This document shows positions 9,690-20,032 of a stretch of DNA of 64,000 bases, piece after piece (position 1 is the first letter of the stretch; every line of letters begins with the position of its first letter). Source of the DNA: an uncultured Chloroflexia bacterium (GTDB lineage: Bacteria; Chloroflexota; Chloroflexia; Thermomicrobiales; UBA6265); the NCBI GenBank assembly GCA_963724295.1, contig CAVRUC010000010.1:96001-160000 (forward strand), read 5' to 3'. The notes under the pieces were generated by a model. That model saw only the letters and a program-made list of their open reading frames with translations. It did not search any database and was not told where the DNA came from. The translations under genes and the position numbers were made by a program.

Positions 9690-10708
9690 GCTGCCAGCCC
9701 CAGCAAGCGCACCGCGGCATCATCGCGGCGCGGAACGACCTCTCCAATGACGACCGCCTCGGGCACGACCCCGGTTACCTCCTCGACGTGCCGCGCTGGT
9801 ACGATCCCGACCAGACCAATCCCCATGTTGAATACCCGGTACATCTCGTCCGGGAGGACGGCCCCCTCACGAGCGATGCGCCTGAAAATGGCGGGAGGAT
9901 GCCACGTCGTGGTGTCGATCTCGGCCGTGAGATCGCCGGGTACGACGCGAGCGACATTCTCCGGGAACCCTCCGCCGGTGATGTGGGCGAAGCCGCGCGC
10001 GCCAACGCCGATGAGCCGCTGGATCTCAGCCAGGTACGAGCGATGTGGGGCAAGTAACGCGTCGCCGACCGTCGTGTTCAGCTCCGGATCGAAGTCACCC
10101 CATGTTGCCGGTGGCAACGCGCGTCGGGCAAGGCTGTAGCCATTGGTGTGCAAACCGGTCGACGGCAGGCCGATCAGCATGTCACCCGCGGCCGGCGCAC
10201 CGTTGGCGCCAATCGTGGCGCGGTCCATGACACCGACCACGAACCCGGCCAGATCGAACTCGCCGGGCGGGTAGACATCGGGCATCTCGGCCGTTTCCCC
10301 GCCCAACAGTGAGCAACCGGCCGCTGCGCAGGCGTCCGCGACACCCGCGACAATGGCCGTGACCAGGTCCGGATCGGCTCGGTGCTGCGCCAGGTAATCG
10401 AGGAAAAAGAGCGGTCGCGCCCCCTGGACCGCGATATCGTTGACGCAGTGGTTGACGATGTCCGTGCCGAGCGAGTCGTAGCGACCGAGCGCCGCGGCGA
10501 TCTTGACCTTGGTGCCGATGCCATCGGTGGAGGCCACGAGCACCGGGTCGCGGAATTCGCCGGCCGCGCCGAGGCGGAACATGCCGCCGAAGGCCCCCAC
10601 GTCGGCCAGCACCCCAACCCCACGCGCCCGCGCGACGATCTCCTCCAGGCGCTCGGTCGTCCGCCGCGCGTCGTCCAGATGAATGCCGATCTCCGCGTAG
10701 GTGGCCAT
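9686..10708 (-). CDS. purM: Phosphoribosylformylglycinamidine cyclo-ligase
   Basis: STDGIGTK, GGETAEMP, GLHTNGYSL, HITGGG, FNMGIG. Confidence 0.95.
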   Translation of the reverse strand: MATYAEIGIHLDDARRTTERLEEIVARARGVGVLADVGAFGGMFRLGAAGEFRDPVLVASTDGIGTKVKIAAALGRYDSLGTDIVNHCVNDIAVQGARPLFFLDYLAQHRADPDLVTAIVAGVADACAAAGCSLLGGETAEMPDVYPPGEFDLAGFVVGVMDRATIGANGAPAAGDMLIGLPSTGLHTNGYSLARRALPPATWGDFDPELNTTVGDALLAPHRSYLAEIQRLIGVGARGFAHITGGGFPENVARVVPGDLTAEIDTTTWHPPAIFRRIAREGAVLPDEMYRVFNMGIGLVGIVPARHVEEVTGVVPEAVVIGEVVPRRDDAAVRLLGLAA

Positions 10709-10711
10709 CGC

Positions 10712-11494
10712 TCAGCCTCGCGCCATGCGCACGGCATTGGTGAATATCGTGAGCCCCGCGCCGTCCTGTCGTCCCGCCGGCGCTTGACCGGTCGAGACAT
10801 TGCGCTCCGGGTGCGGCATCAGTCCCAGCACGTTGCCCGCCGCATTGGTCAGCGCGGCGACCGCCGCATCAGAGCCGTTTGGGTTGACCGGATAACCGCC
10901 AGGATTTCCATCCGCGTCGCAATAGACGAGGCCGAGCTCACCGCGCGCTTCCAGCCCCGCCAGGCTGGCCGGGTCCTTGGCGACGAAGCGTCCTTCGCCA
11001 TGCCCGATCGGCATCGCGATGCGATCGATGCCGTCAACGAGGGGGCTCCGCGCGTTATCCGGGCGCCGCGTCCAGATCCAACGACATTCGAAGTGACCCG
11101 AGGCATTCGGGGCGAGCCCACCACCAGTGAGCAGCCCCAGCCGGAGCAGCGCCTGGAAGCCGTTGCAGATACCAAGCACCGGCCGGCCACTTGCGACGAA
11201 CCGGTCGAGCGCATCACGCACGGCCTCCAGGCGGTGTGCCCAGAGCGTGCCCGCACCGAGATGGTCACCGAACGAGAAGCCGCCAGGAAGCACGACCAAG
11301 CCAAAATCGTCGAGATCGCGCGCGGCCGCCAGCAAGCGCTCCAGGTGCACCGATTCGACGTCGGCGCCGGCCAGCTCCAGCGCGATGACAGTCTCGCGGT
11401 CGCAGTTCGTGCCGGGCGCACGCATCACCAAAGCGCGCGGGCGCGATCGCAAGCGGGTCGAGCCTGCTCGGGGACGGTTGGCAACCGCGCTCAT
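10712..11494 (-). CDS. purQ: FGAM synthase glutaminase subunit
   Basis: PGTNCD, PGGFSFGD, LGICNGFQ, HGEGRF, NPNGS, MPHPER. Confidence 0.95.
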   Translation of the reverse strand: MSAVANRPRAGSTRLRSRPRALVMRAPGTNCDRETVIALELAGADVESVHLERLLAAARDLDDFGLVVLPGGFSFGDHLGAGTLWAHRLEAVRDALDRFVASGRPVLGICNGFQALLRLGLLTGGGLAPNASGHFECRWIWTRRPDNARSPLVDGIDRIAMPIGHGEGRFVAKDPASLAGLEARGELGLVYCDADGNPGGYPVNPNGSDAAVAALTNAAGNVLGLMPHPERNVSTGQAPAGRQDGAGLTIFTNAVRMARG

Positions 11495-14397
11495 TTGGCG
11501 ACCTCCGACAACGGCGCCTGCCAGCGCGAGCGCAGCGCGTCGATATGCGCGTCGATTGCCGCTCCGCCGTCTCCCAGGACTTGAAGTCGAGGCGAGTCGA
11601 GCACCCGTCCGATCCTCGCGTGTGGTATCCGCCCCAGCAGTGTCTCCAGCGCCGGAGCATCGGCCGGGGTGACCTCGATGAGGAACCGGGTCGGTGACTC
11701 GGCAAAGAGTCTCGTGCTGGCGGCGAGTCCGGGTTCGGCCACCGGGACATCTCGCACGTCGATTTCCAACCCATGGCCGCCCGCAATCGCCATCTCAGCC
11801 GCGGCGACCGCAAGTCCGCCTTCGCTCAGGTCATGACAGGCCTGGATGAGCCCCTTGCGATTGGCACGGTAGATCGCACTGAAGACGCGCCGCGCGGAGG
11901 AGAGATGCACGACCGGCGCTCTGCCTTCCTGTTGGCCGATCAGGCGCTGCGCGAGGGAGCCGCCGAGATCATCACCGGTGAGTCCGACGAGGTAGACAAG
12001 GTTCCCAGGTCGTTTGAGATACATCGACGAGACGCGGCGCGTATCGGGCACGATGCCGATGGCGGAGATGAGGAGCGTCCCGGGGATTGGCCGAGAGCTT
12101 CCGTCCGCCAGCCGGTACTCGTTGAAGAGGGAGTCCTTCCCCGAGATGAACGGCAGGCGGAGGGCTATCGCGGCATCGTGACACCCCTGTGCGGCCCGCA
12201 CGAGACCGCCGAGGCGATCGGGCAGATTCGGGTTGCCCCAGCAGAAGTTGTCGAGGATGGCCGTCCGCGCCGGATCCGCTCCGACGGCGACGACGTTGCG
12301 CAGCGCCTCGTCGACGGCGAGCAGCGCCATCGCGTAGGGATCGATCTCGCCATACCAGGGATTGATGCCGCAGCCGACAGCCACCCCACGCCACGAGCGC
12401 GCCACCGGTCGCAGCACCGCGGCATCGGCAGGACCGATGTCTTCAGGCCCGACGAACGGTTTGCCGACGGTTCGGCCCTGCACCTCATGGTCGTACTGGC
12501 GGACGATCGGCTCTTTGGAAGCGACATTGGCCTCGGCCAGGGCTCGCTCCAGCAACTCGCCCGGGTCGATTCCGGTCGGGAGCCCCGGTGACGGTTCGAC
12601 GAACCGCGGCGCCCAGAAGCTCTCCAGTTCACGCGACGGCATGCCATCGTGGAGGAACGCGCAATCGAGATCGGCGACCACGACGCCGTCGTAGCGGACC
12701 CGCAGCCGGCCGTCGCCCGTGAAGCGACCGATCGCCGTGGCCTCGACACCTTCGCCGGCAAAGATCTCCCGCAACGCTGGCCAGCTCTCGGGCGGCACCG
12801 CGAGCACCATTCGCTCCTGAGATTCGGAGAGCCAGATCTCCCACGGTCTCAGACCGTCGTACTTGAGGGGGACACACGCCAGCTCGACGTCGGCCCCCAG
12901 CTCGCTCGCCATCTCACCGACCGCCGACGAGAGCCCGCCCGCCCCGCAATCGGTGATCGCGCTGTAGAGCCCGAGATCCCGCGCGCGCGGCAAGGCGTCG
13001 GCCAGGCGCTTTTCGACGATGGGATCGCCAATCTGGACGACACTGCCAAGCTCCGCGTGACTGGCCCCCAGCACGTCGGACGAGAACGTCGCGCCGTGGA
13101 TGCCATCACGCCCGGCGCGCCCCCCCGCGACGACAATCAGGTCCCCAGCTCGCGGCTGCGTGGGGCGGCGACCGCGCGGCGCCAGACCGACCGTGCCACA
13201 GAAGACGAGCGGATTCGCCACGTAGCCCTGGTCGAACAAGGTCGCGCCGTTGACGGTCGGGATACCCATCTTGTTGCCGTAGTCGGCGATGCCAGCCACT
13301 ACACCCGCGTAGACGCGCTCCGGTGGCAGGGTTCCCGGAGGGAGTGTGTCAGCCGGTGTATCGAGCGGGCCGAAACAAAGGACATCGGTGTTGGCGATCG
13401 GCTCGGCTGAGACCCCGAGCACGTCGCGCACTACCCCACCCACCCCGGTATTCGCGCCGCCGAACGGCTCCAGGGCGCTGGGATGATTGTGGGTCTCGAC
13501 CTTGAAGGAGATCTCGTGGTCGCGATCGAAGGCGATGACACCGGCATTGTCGCGAAACGCCGAGAGCACCCAGGACCGGTTCACTTCGTCGGTGGCCGCC
13601 ATGATCGTACTCTTCAGGAGACCGGGGATCTGGAGCTCCCGCACGCCTGGCTCGCGGTGCCGGATCGTCGCCTTGAATGTCCGGTGCGCGCAGTGCTCCG
13701 ACCAGGTCTGGGCGATCATCTCCAACTCGACGTCAGTCGGGTCGCGCTTCTGCGTCGCATAGTGGTCGCGCACAGCCTCCAGATCCTGCAACGGGAGGGA
13801 GAGCAGCTTCCGCGCGCCGAGGTCCTGGAGCGCGGCGGCATCGAGTCCTCGTAATGGGATCGTCTCGACCGTGGGATCGGGTGACGCATCCGGCATGAAG
13901 GCCCCGCTCCACCAGTCGAGGTCGGCCGGACACGACGCGGGTCGCCAGGCCACGCTCTCGACCACGGCGTGCGCGAGCCGGCGTGCCGCGGCAGCGACAG
14001 CGGCCGGCTCGACAACGCCGTAGAGGTGATAGCGGTGCCCGGCTCTGGCGCGCAGTTCCGGAAATCCATCACGGGCGAGCGCCTCGGCCAGACTATCGCC
14101 CTCGGCGTCGGTCACTCCAGGGTGAGGGAGAATCTCGATCAGCCAGTGGTATTCATCATCTGGATGTGGAAAAGAGACGCCTCTGGGTTCGGCGATTACC
14201 GGGTCGACGCAGAGATCGCGCACAACCGCGTGCAGTCGTGGAGATTGCGGACCGGCGACGAGGTAGAGGCGGCCATGGGTCACACCGGCTGGGTGCGTCC
14301 CGAGGTCGCACAGGATCTGCCGGAGTACGCGGGCGTGAGGATCGACGTCCTGGTCCTGGGGAACGACCTCAAGCGCCCAGACCGCGTCCGCAGACAT
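11491..14397 (-). CDS. purL: FGAM synthase PurL with N-terminal PurS-like domains
   Basis: QTWSEHCAH, KVETHNHPS, DGIHGA, DCGAGG, SESQERM, ISGKDS, HDLSEGG; N-terminal PGVTDAEG region resembles PurS. Confidence 0.95.
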   Translation of the reverse strand: MSADAVWALEVVPQDQDVDPHARVLRQILCDLGTHPAGVTHGRLYLVAGPQSPRLHAVVRDLCVDPVIAEPRGVSFPHPDDEYHWLIEILPHPGVTDAEGDSLAEALARDGFPELRARAGHRYHLYGVVEPAAVAAAARRLAHAVVESVAWRPASCPADLDWWSGAFMPDASPDPTVETIPLRGLDAAALQDLGARKLLSLPLQDLEAVRDHYATQKRDPTDVELEMIAQTWSEHCAHRTFKATIRHREPGVRELQIPGLLKSTIMAATDEVNRSWVLSAFRDNAGVIAFDRDHEISFKVETHNHPSALEPFGGANTGVGGVVRDVLGVSAEPIANTDVLCFGPLDTPADTLPPGTLPPERVYAGVVAGIADYGNKMGIPTVNGATLFDQGYVANPLVFCGTVGLAPRGRRPTQPRAGDLIVVAGGRAGRDGIHGATFSSDVLGASHAELGSVVQIGDPIVEKRLADALPRARDLGLYSAITDCGAGGLSSAVGEMASELGADVELACVPLKYDGLRPWEIWLSESQERMVLAVPPESWPALREIFAGEGVEATAIGRFTGDGRLRVRYDGVVVADLDCAFLHDGMPSRELESFWAPRFVEPSPGLPTGIDPGELLERALAEANVASKEPIVRQYDHEVQGRTVGKPFVGPEDIGPADAAVLRPVARSWRGVAVGCGINPWYGEIDPYAMALLAVDEALRNVVAVGADPARTAILDNFCWGNPNLPDRLGGLVRAAQGCHDAAIALRLPFISGKDSLFNEYRLADGSSRPIPGTLLISAIGIVPDTRRVSSMYLKRPGNLVYLVGLTGDDLGGSLAQRLIGQQEGRAPVVHLSSARRVFSAIYRANRKGLIQACHDLSEGGLAVAAAEMAIAGGHGLEIDVRDVPVAEPGLAASTRLFAESPTRFLIEVTPADAPALETLLGRIPHARIGRVLDSPRLQVLGDGGAAIDAHIDALRSRWQAPLSEVAK

Positions 14398-14669
14398 GTC
14401 CCCCCTTGTAATCGGGGCCGCTGCGCGGGGCCACCGGATCCACGCGGCAAGCGACCGCGAGGCGAGTGACTGGCGGACCGTTCACTCCTGGAATCGGTCA
14501 CCCGGTGTCGCCACCCAGCCTAGCGGAGATCGTACGTACAGTGCAAGGCTCAGCGGTCCATTCCCACTCAATGTAGGACTCTCGGCGGGGCAACGAGCAG
14601 AGTCGGGCCATCCCGGCGTGGGGAACAGATCCAACCGACGGTGCGGCGATTCACCGTTGAGGATTCAGC

Positions 14670-15677
14670 CTACCGGAACGCCTCTATGAGGGCGCGGATC
14701 TCCTGAGGACGGGTTCCGCAGCAGCCGCCGATGATCTGGAACCCTTCCTCCCTCCACCTGCGAGCGTGGGTGACAAACGCATCGGTCCCCGGTACGGTCG
14801 ACCAGTCCCACTCGTAGCGCAGGTACGTCCCCCAATTCGGGTACGCGCCGAGCGGGAGGGCGGTGTACTGCCGCAGCCAGGACGCGACGCCATGGACGAG
14901 GTCCGGGGGCAGGCAATTGACGAGGACGGCGCTGGCGCCCATCTCCTCGAAGCGGTGGGCAGCGCGACCGAAGCGGTCGCCATCGTCAAGAATGGTCTCC
15001 CCGTCGACCCCAACGATCTTGCCGACCGTGCGCCGGTAGGAGATCCAGAGGGGAATCCCCGTATCGAGGAAGAGCTGGTAGTCGGGAAACTCGAGATCCT
15101 CCGGGATCTCCTTCTGAATCTCCATCAGGACCACGTCGGGGGTGTGCTCGGCGTCGGCGGTGGCAAGAACCTCGGCCAGGGGTTTCAGATACCGCTCGAG
15201 GTCGAGCGGCACATAGGTCCCAACGTAGTCGCGCGCTTCCTCTTGCTGCGCGGGCGGCCAGTCCTGCGTCCGACACGCGAAGGCGACGATGGCGTCACTG
15301 CGGCCGGCTAGGGCAGCGCCTTCACGCACGAGGCGGACGGAATCGAGCGCCATCCGTTTCCACTCGTCCTGCGGCAGGTCAAGGCGGCCGTCCGCAATTG
15401 CCGCGAAGATGCGATTGAGGGCGAAGGTGTGGGTTTCCAGGACATCGGCCCCGGTGGCCGCGTACCGGCGGTGGACCTCGACGAGCTTCTCCGGCGCCTC
15501 GCGAATGGCCAGCGAACCCCACGTGTAGTTGTTCGGGCGGTCGGCCACCTGCTCCGGATAGCCGACCTGTTGCAGCTCAGAGCCAATGCCGCCGTCGAGG
15601 ACGACTACCCCACCGGCCCGCAATCGTTCGTCAACCCGGCGATAGGCCGCGGTCATGGCGCTCGTGGCCGCCTGCAT
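14670..15677 (-). CDS. Homocysteine S-methyltransferase family protein
   Basis: VLDGGIGSEL, VHRRYAATGAD, VNC, GAYPN, and IGGCCG zinc ligands. Confidence 0.85.
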   Translation of the reverse strand: MQAATSAMTAAYRRVDERLRAGGVVVLDGGIGSELQQVGYPEQVADRPNNYTWGSLAIREAPEKLVEVHRRYAATGADVLETHTFALNRIFAAIADGRLDLPQDEWKRMALDSVRLVREGAALAGRSDAIVAFACRTQDWPPAQQEEARDYVGTYVPLDLERYLKPLAEVLATADAEHTPDVVLMEIQKEIPEDLEFPDYQLFLDTGIPLWISYRRTVGKIVGVDGETILDDGDRFGRAAHRFEEMGASAVLVNCLPPDLVHGVASWLRQYTALPLGAYPNWGTYLRYEWDWSTVPGTDAFVTHARRWREEGFQIIGGCCGTRPQEIRALIEAFR

Positions 15678-15824
15678 GGCACATCCCTTCTCGACGGCGA
15701 TCCGCGTTTCACGCCAGAGCCAGCGTCCCAGCGAGCGCCCATGGTATCAGGCCTGTCATTCCCGCAGGTTGAAAGCACTGGCGAGTCCTCGGTGACGGTT
15801 TCCCGGCCTTGCCGATGAAGGGGA

Positions 15825-16589
15825 TCACGGCATGAAGAGACCGCCGTCGACGGTGAGGGTATGTCCGGTGATGAAGCCGGCGTCCGGGCCAATCAGAAAC
15901 GCGACCGCGCCGGCGACATCCTCCGGGGTGCCGAATCTGTTCAGCGGCGTCCGCTCCAGGATCGTCGCTTTGGTGTCATCGGGGAGACCAGCCGTCATGC
16001 GCGTGTCGATGAACCCGGGGGCGATGGCGTTGACCGTGATGCCGCGCGAGCCGACCTCTTTGGCCAGCGACTTGGTGAACCCGATCAGGCCGGCTTTTGC
16101 CGCCGCGTAGTTCGCCTGTCCGGCATTGCCGACCTGCCCGACGACGGAGGAGATGTTGACGATGCGACCAGATCGCTGCCGCAGCATCGGCCGGATCGCC
16201 GCCTTGGAGGTCAGAAACGCCCCTTTGAGGTTGGTCGTGAGGACGTCGTCCCAATCCTCGTCGTTCATGCGCATGAGCAGCGTGTCACGGGTGATACCCG
16301 CGTTGTTGACCAGCACGTCGAGACGGCCCAGCTGCTGCATCGCCGCTTCGATGGCCGCCCCCGCGCCGTCGGCAGTCGAGATATCGGCCGCGATAGCCTC
16401 CACCTGACGATCGCTACCGGACAACTCGCTCTTCGCCGCCTCGGCCGCCTCTGCATCACCCTTGTAGGTGAGCAACACGTCATAGCCGTCCGCGACGAGC
16501 CGCCTGGCGACGGCCAGACCGATCCCGCGCGTGCCACCGGTGATGACCGCCACTCCCGCTCGCTGGTCTCCGCTCGCCTCGCCCATCAT
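15825..16589 (-). CDS. fabG: 3-oxoacyl-ACP reductase
   Basis: TGGTRGIG, NNAGITRD, GNAGQANYAAAK, VDGGL; follows fabD. Confidence 0.95.
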   Translation of the reverse strand: MMGEASGDQRAGVAVITGGTRGIGLAVARRLVADGYDVLLTYKGDAEAAEAAKSELSGSDRQVEAIAADISTADGAGAAIEAAMQQLGRLDVLVNNAGITRDTLLMRMNDEDWDDVLTTNLKGAFLTSKAAIRPMLRQRSGRIVNISSVVGQVGNAGQANYAAAKAGLIGFTKSLAKEVGSRGITVNAIAPGFIDTRMTAGLPDDTKATILERTPLNRFGTPEDVAGAVAFLIGPDAGFITGHTLTVDGGLFMP

Positions 16590-16659
16590 TCGAATCTCCT
16601 CTTTCGCGCTCCAGTTTCGTACGTCGATGGACGTCAGGAGGGCCCGGAGACCGACGGCC

Positions 16660-16779
16660 GTAGGGGCGACGCCCGCGTCGCCCGCGGTCCCGACCGGCTG
16701 GTAGCCGGATGTGGAACATGTCGCTACAACGCTAACGTACCTGGCGAATCGACACGGGCGACGCAGGCGTCGCCCCTAC
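16660..16779. repeat. GTAG-family REP doublet (REPIN)
   Basis: GTAGGGGCGACGCCCGCGTCGCCCG at 16660-16684 and an inverted copy at 16755-16779. Confidence 0.75.
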
Positions 16780-16821
16780 AAGCGTTGTACTCGGACACGC
16801 CGCCGTCCCCTCAGCATCGAC

Positions 16822-17745
16822 TCACGCGGGCGTGGCCGCGTCCGCCACTATGCGCTCGGCGGTGAAGACCGTCACCTCGGGAGTGCAGCGGCCGATCAGA
16901 CCGGCCAGCACCTGTCCCGGCCCAATTTCATAGAACGTCGTCACTCCGGCGCCAACGAGCGCGTCCACGACGTCGACCCAACGCACCGACCCGCAGATCT
17001 GATCGACCAGCTCATGCCGGAGATCGGCGGGCTCGCGCAGGAATCTCGCGTCAACGTCGGCCACAAGGGGCACCCGGCCGACCTGCATCGTGGTCTGGTC
17101 GATCAAGGGGCGCATCGCCTCCGCCACCGGCGCCATCAGCGTCGAGTGGAAAGCGCCGCTGACCGGGAGCAGCAAGGCCCGTTTCGCGCCGCGCTCCCTG
17201 GCCAAGGCGACGGCTCGCTCCACCGCCTCCACTCTGCCGGAGACCGTCGTCTGAACGGGCGTGTTGAAGTTGGCCACTTCGACTCCCGCGTCCCGGGCGA
17301 TCGCGGCGACGTCCCCGGCCGCCAACCCCAGGATCGCGGCCATGGCCCCGGCGCCGTGCTCCTGCATCAGCTCGCCACGGCGGCGGACTAACCGCAAGGC
17401 ATCCTTAAAGTCGAGCGACCCGGCGGCAACCATCGCAGCGTATTCACCGAGGCTGTGACCCGCGACGTAGCCGGCGTCAGGCAACAAACCGCGATTGCGC
17501 AGCACATGTAGATAGGCAATGCTGGTCAGCAGGATGGCGGGCTGCTGGACTGGTGTCTCCTGGAGTGCCGCTTCCGGGCCGTTGAAGATGATGTCGCTGA
17601 GAGCGAAACCGAGCGTGTCGTCAGCCGCGGCGTAGAGCGTGGTTAGCTCCGGATCCAACTGAATCAGCTCGCGGCCCATGCCGACCCGCTGTGAACCCTG
17701 ACCAGGGAATACCCAGGCCACCTTTTCCTGATTCGGATCAGCCAC
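16822..17745 (-). CDS. fabD: Malonyl CoA-ACP transacylase
   Basis: FPGQGSQ, GHSLGEY, VSGAFHS, EIGPG; GTG start overlaps the fabH end. Confidence 0.95.
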   Translation of the reverse strand: MADPNQEKVAWVFPGQGSQRVGMGRELIQLDPELTTLYAAADDTLGFALSDIIFNGPEAALQETPVQQPAILLTSIAYLHVLRNRGLLPDAGYVAGHSLGEYAAMVAAGSLDFKDALRLVRRRGELMQEHGAGAMAAILGLAAGDVAAIARDAGVEVANFNTPVQTTVSGRVEAVERAVALARERGAKRALLLPVSGAFHSTLMAPVAEAMRPLIDQTTMQVGRVPLVADVDARFLREPADLRHELVDQICGSVRWVDVVDALVGAGVTTFYEIGPGQVLAGLIGRCTPEVTVFTAERIVADAATPA

Positions 17746-18844
17746 CGGCGAGCGTCGTGGCTGCCTGTGATTCGGAATCGGACGCCTGGGCCACGGGAAC
17801 GTGCCTGGATTCGACACCGACCTTCGCGGACTTGCGACACTCCGCATCGCGACAGACGCCGGCCGTTCCCCAACGCACCATGCCGGCCGCCCAGGCCAAA
17901 CCGCCGCCGAAGGCCACGAGGACCACGTTGTTCCCCTCCTCCAGCTTCCCGGCCTCCGCGGCTTCGAACAGCGCAATCGGGATCGAGGCTGCCGAGGTGT
18001 TGCCGTAGCGGTCGAGATTGACCCAGACCTTTTCTCGCGGCAGGGCAAGACGGCGCGCGGCGGCGTCGATAATGCGCATATTGGCCTGATGCGGGATCAT
18101 CATGTCGACGTCGTCGAAGGTCAAATTCGCCTTTTCTACCGCTTCCACGGCGGCATCGCCCATGACCCGCACCGCGAAGCGAAAGACCTCCTGCCCGTTC
18201 ATGTGCAGGTATGGCCGGTACTCGGGAAAGAGCTCGGCGGACTCCGGAACGAAGGCCCCCCAGCCGGGGATGTAAAGGTGCTTGTACCCGGCGCCGTCCG
18301 CGCCGAGGACCGTCGAGAGCAGACCGCGCGGCTCGTCGGTGGCCTCCAGCACGACCGCCCCCGCGCCGTCACCAAAGAGGATGCAGGTCGAGCGATCGGT
18401 GTAATCGACAAAGCGGGTCAGGGTGTCGACGCCGATGACCATGACCCGGTCGTGCAGACCGGTCTGCACGAACTGCGAGCCAACGGCCAGCGCGTAGACG
18501 AACCCGGAACAGGCCGCGCCGAGATCGAAGGCTCCTGCGGTACCGCCCAGCTCAGCCTGGACGAGACAGGCCTGTGAGACCAGGAACTGATCGGGGGTGC
18601 AGGTGGCGACCACGATGAGGTCGATATCGTCGGCGGTGAGCCCGGCGGTTTCGAGCGCCTGACGGGCCGCGGTGACGGACAGCGAGGTGGTGCTGTCCTC
18701 CGGACCGACGATGCGCCGCTCCTTGATGCCGGTGCGGCTGGTGATCCACTCGTCCGAGGTTTCGACCATCCGCTCCAGATCGGCGTTGGTCAGCACCCGC
18801 TCCGGGACAGCCATGCCCCAGCCGGTGATCGCCGCGTTGCGCAT
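17738..18844 (-). CDS. fabH: 3-oxoacyl-ACP synthase III
   Basis: AACSGF, LFGDGAGA, PHQAN, YGNTSAAS; start may be up to about 45 nt further upstream. Confidence 0.95.
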   Translation of the reverse strand: MRNAAITGWGMAVPERVLTNADLERMVETSDEWITSRTGIKERRIVGPEDSTTSLSVTAARQALETAGLTADDIDLIVVATCTPDQFLVSQACLVQAELGGTAGAFDLGAACSGFVYALAVGSQFVQTGLHDRVMVIGVDTLTRFVDYTDRSTCILFGDGAGAVVLEATDEPRGLLSTVLGADGAGYKHLYIPGWGAFVPESAELFPEYRPYLHMNGQEVFRFAVRVMGDAAVEAVEKANLTFDDVDMMIPHQANMRIIDAAARRLALPREKVWVNLDRYGNTSAASIPIALFEAAEAGKLEEGNNVVLVAFGGGLAWAAGMVRWGTAGVCRDAECRKSAKVGVESRHVPVAQASDSESQAATTLAGG

Positions 18845-19082
18845 GGTCGTTCCTCGTGTCACCGGTCTCGGCGGGAGAGATTCCATCACCGGCGCCCCCA
18901 TGCAGGTGTGTGCGCTGCCAGCAGGATGCCGGAGTGTGACTCGAAACGGTCACGTCGTGCAATCTGCCCTGCTCGCATGCCGGGATCCGAAAAGAGTGAA
19001 GGGCAGGCGCTGCGGCCTACCCTCCCAACCCTGGCACGTGCACGCTCCCGTTCAGCCAACGCGGAGCCTGACCGGCCCGGGA

Positions 19083-19286
19083 TTATTCGGCACGCCGCCG
19101 GCGCTCCTCGATGACGATCACCTGACGGCCACGGTAGTACCCACACGTCGGGCAGACGTGATGCACCACGTGCTGCTCGCCGCAGGTATTGCACGCCACC
19201 AGCACCGGTACGTTCTTGAGGAAATCATGGCGCCGCCGATTACCCTGCCGGTGGCGGGTGACGCGCTGCTTTGGAAGTGCTCCCAT
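19083..19286 (-). CDS. rpmF: 50S ribosomal protein L32 (zinc-ribbon form)
   Basis: MGALPKQR...CNTCG...HHVCPTCGYYRG. Confidence 0.95.
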   Translation of the reverse strand: MGALPKQRVTRHRQGNRRRHDFLKNVPVLVACNTCGEQHVVHHVCPTCGYYRGRQVIVIEERRRRAE

Positions 19287-19337
19287 TATCGCTCTCCTAC
19301 GCTCAATTCTGGCGCTGGCCTCTCACCCGGGCCACGC

Positions 19338-19919
19338 TCATTGCCGCTCTCTCTCGGTCACCTGGTCATCGGGAAGCAAGCTCGCCAATGCCGCCAGGCG
19401 TTCATCAACAGGTTCATCGCCGGCATCATCTTCGCCGCCGACCTCGAGCAGATCCGGCCCCGGGCAGTCCGCGCCACAATCCGGACGCATCGGGAGAGCT
19501 ACCAGGATCTCCTGCCGCAACGGCTCCCGCAGATCGAGCTCGTGATTCTCGTCGATACGCGAGATGAGATCCTCATCCGCCGGCTCGCCGCCGAGGCCGA
19601 ATCCGGTGTGCACATCGACAGTCTGCCGGTATTCCTCGTCGAACTCGACCTCGAATGGCTGATCGTACTCTCGCAGGCAACGAGCGCAGATCATCGGCGC
19701 GACACCCGCGGCAGAGACGCGCGCGATTATTGCGTCGCGCAATCTGGTCAGGCGGACATCGCCGTCGATGTCGCGGACGATGATTTCATCATCCGCCTCG
19801 AAGGTGTCGAGCAGGAGGTGATACGACCGGGTGGCGCCTGTTTGCCCTTTGAGCAGGCCTACGACGTTGACCGCGGTGTCGTTCCGCAATTCCCGCTGCT
19901 GACCGCCGTCGGTCGCCAT
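19338..19919 (-). CDS. yceD: DUF177/YceD family protein
   Basis: CARCL, LDLREPLRQEILVALPMRPDC; canonical position upstream of rpmF. Confidence 0.85.
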   Translation of the reverse strand: MATDGGQQRELRNDTAVNVVGLLKGQTGATRSYHLLLDTFEADDEIIVRDIDGDVRLTRLRDAIIARVSAAGVAPMICARCLREYDQPFEVEFDEEYRQTVDVHTGFGLGGEPADEDLISRIDENHELDLREPLRQEILVALPMRPDCGADCPGPDLLEVGGEDDAGDEPVDERLAALASLLPDDQVTERERQ

Positions 19920-20032
19920 TACCGGAGTGTTCCTACCAGCCAACAGACACACAAAGCTGCACCGGCTGCATGCGCCGGCACAACCGGAGCAGTCTACTCC
20001 GCCGGGATTCTGGCGTCAATTCAGGGAATTGC

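Noticed and set aside
14460..14520. ZTP (pfl) riboswitch-like GTGACTGGCG upstream of purL
   Set aside because: It is on the wrong strand for purL and lacks the GGGGAGCG and CGCCUGGG elements.
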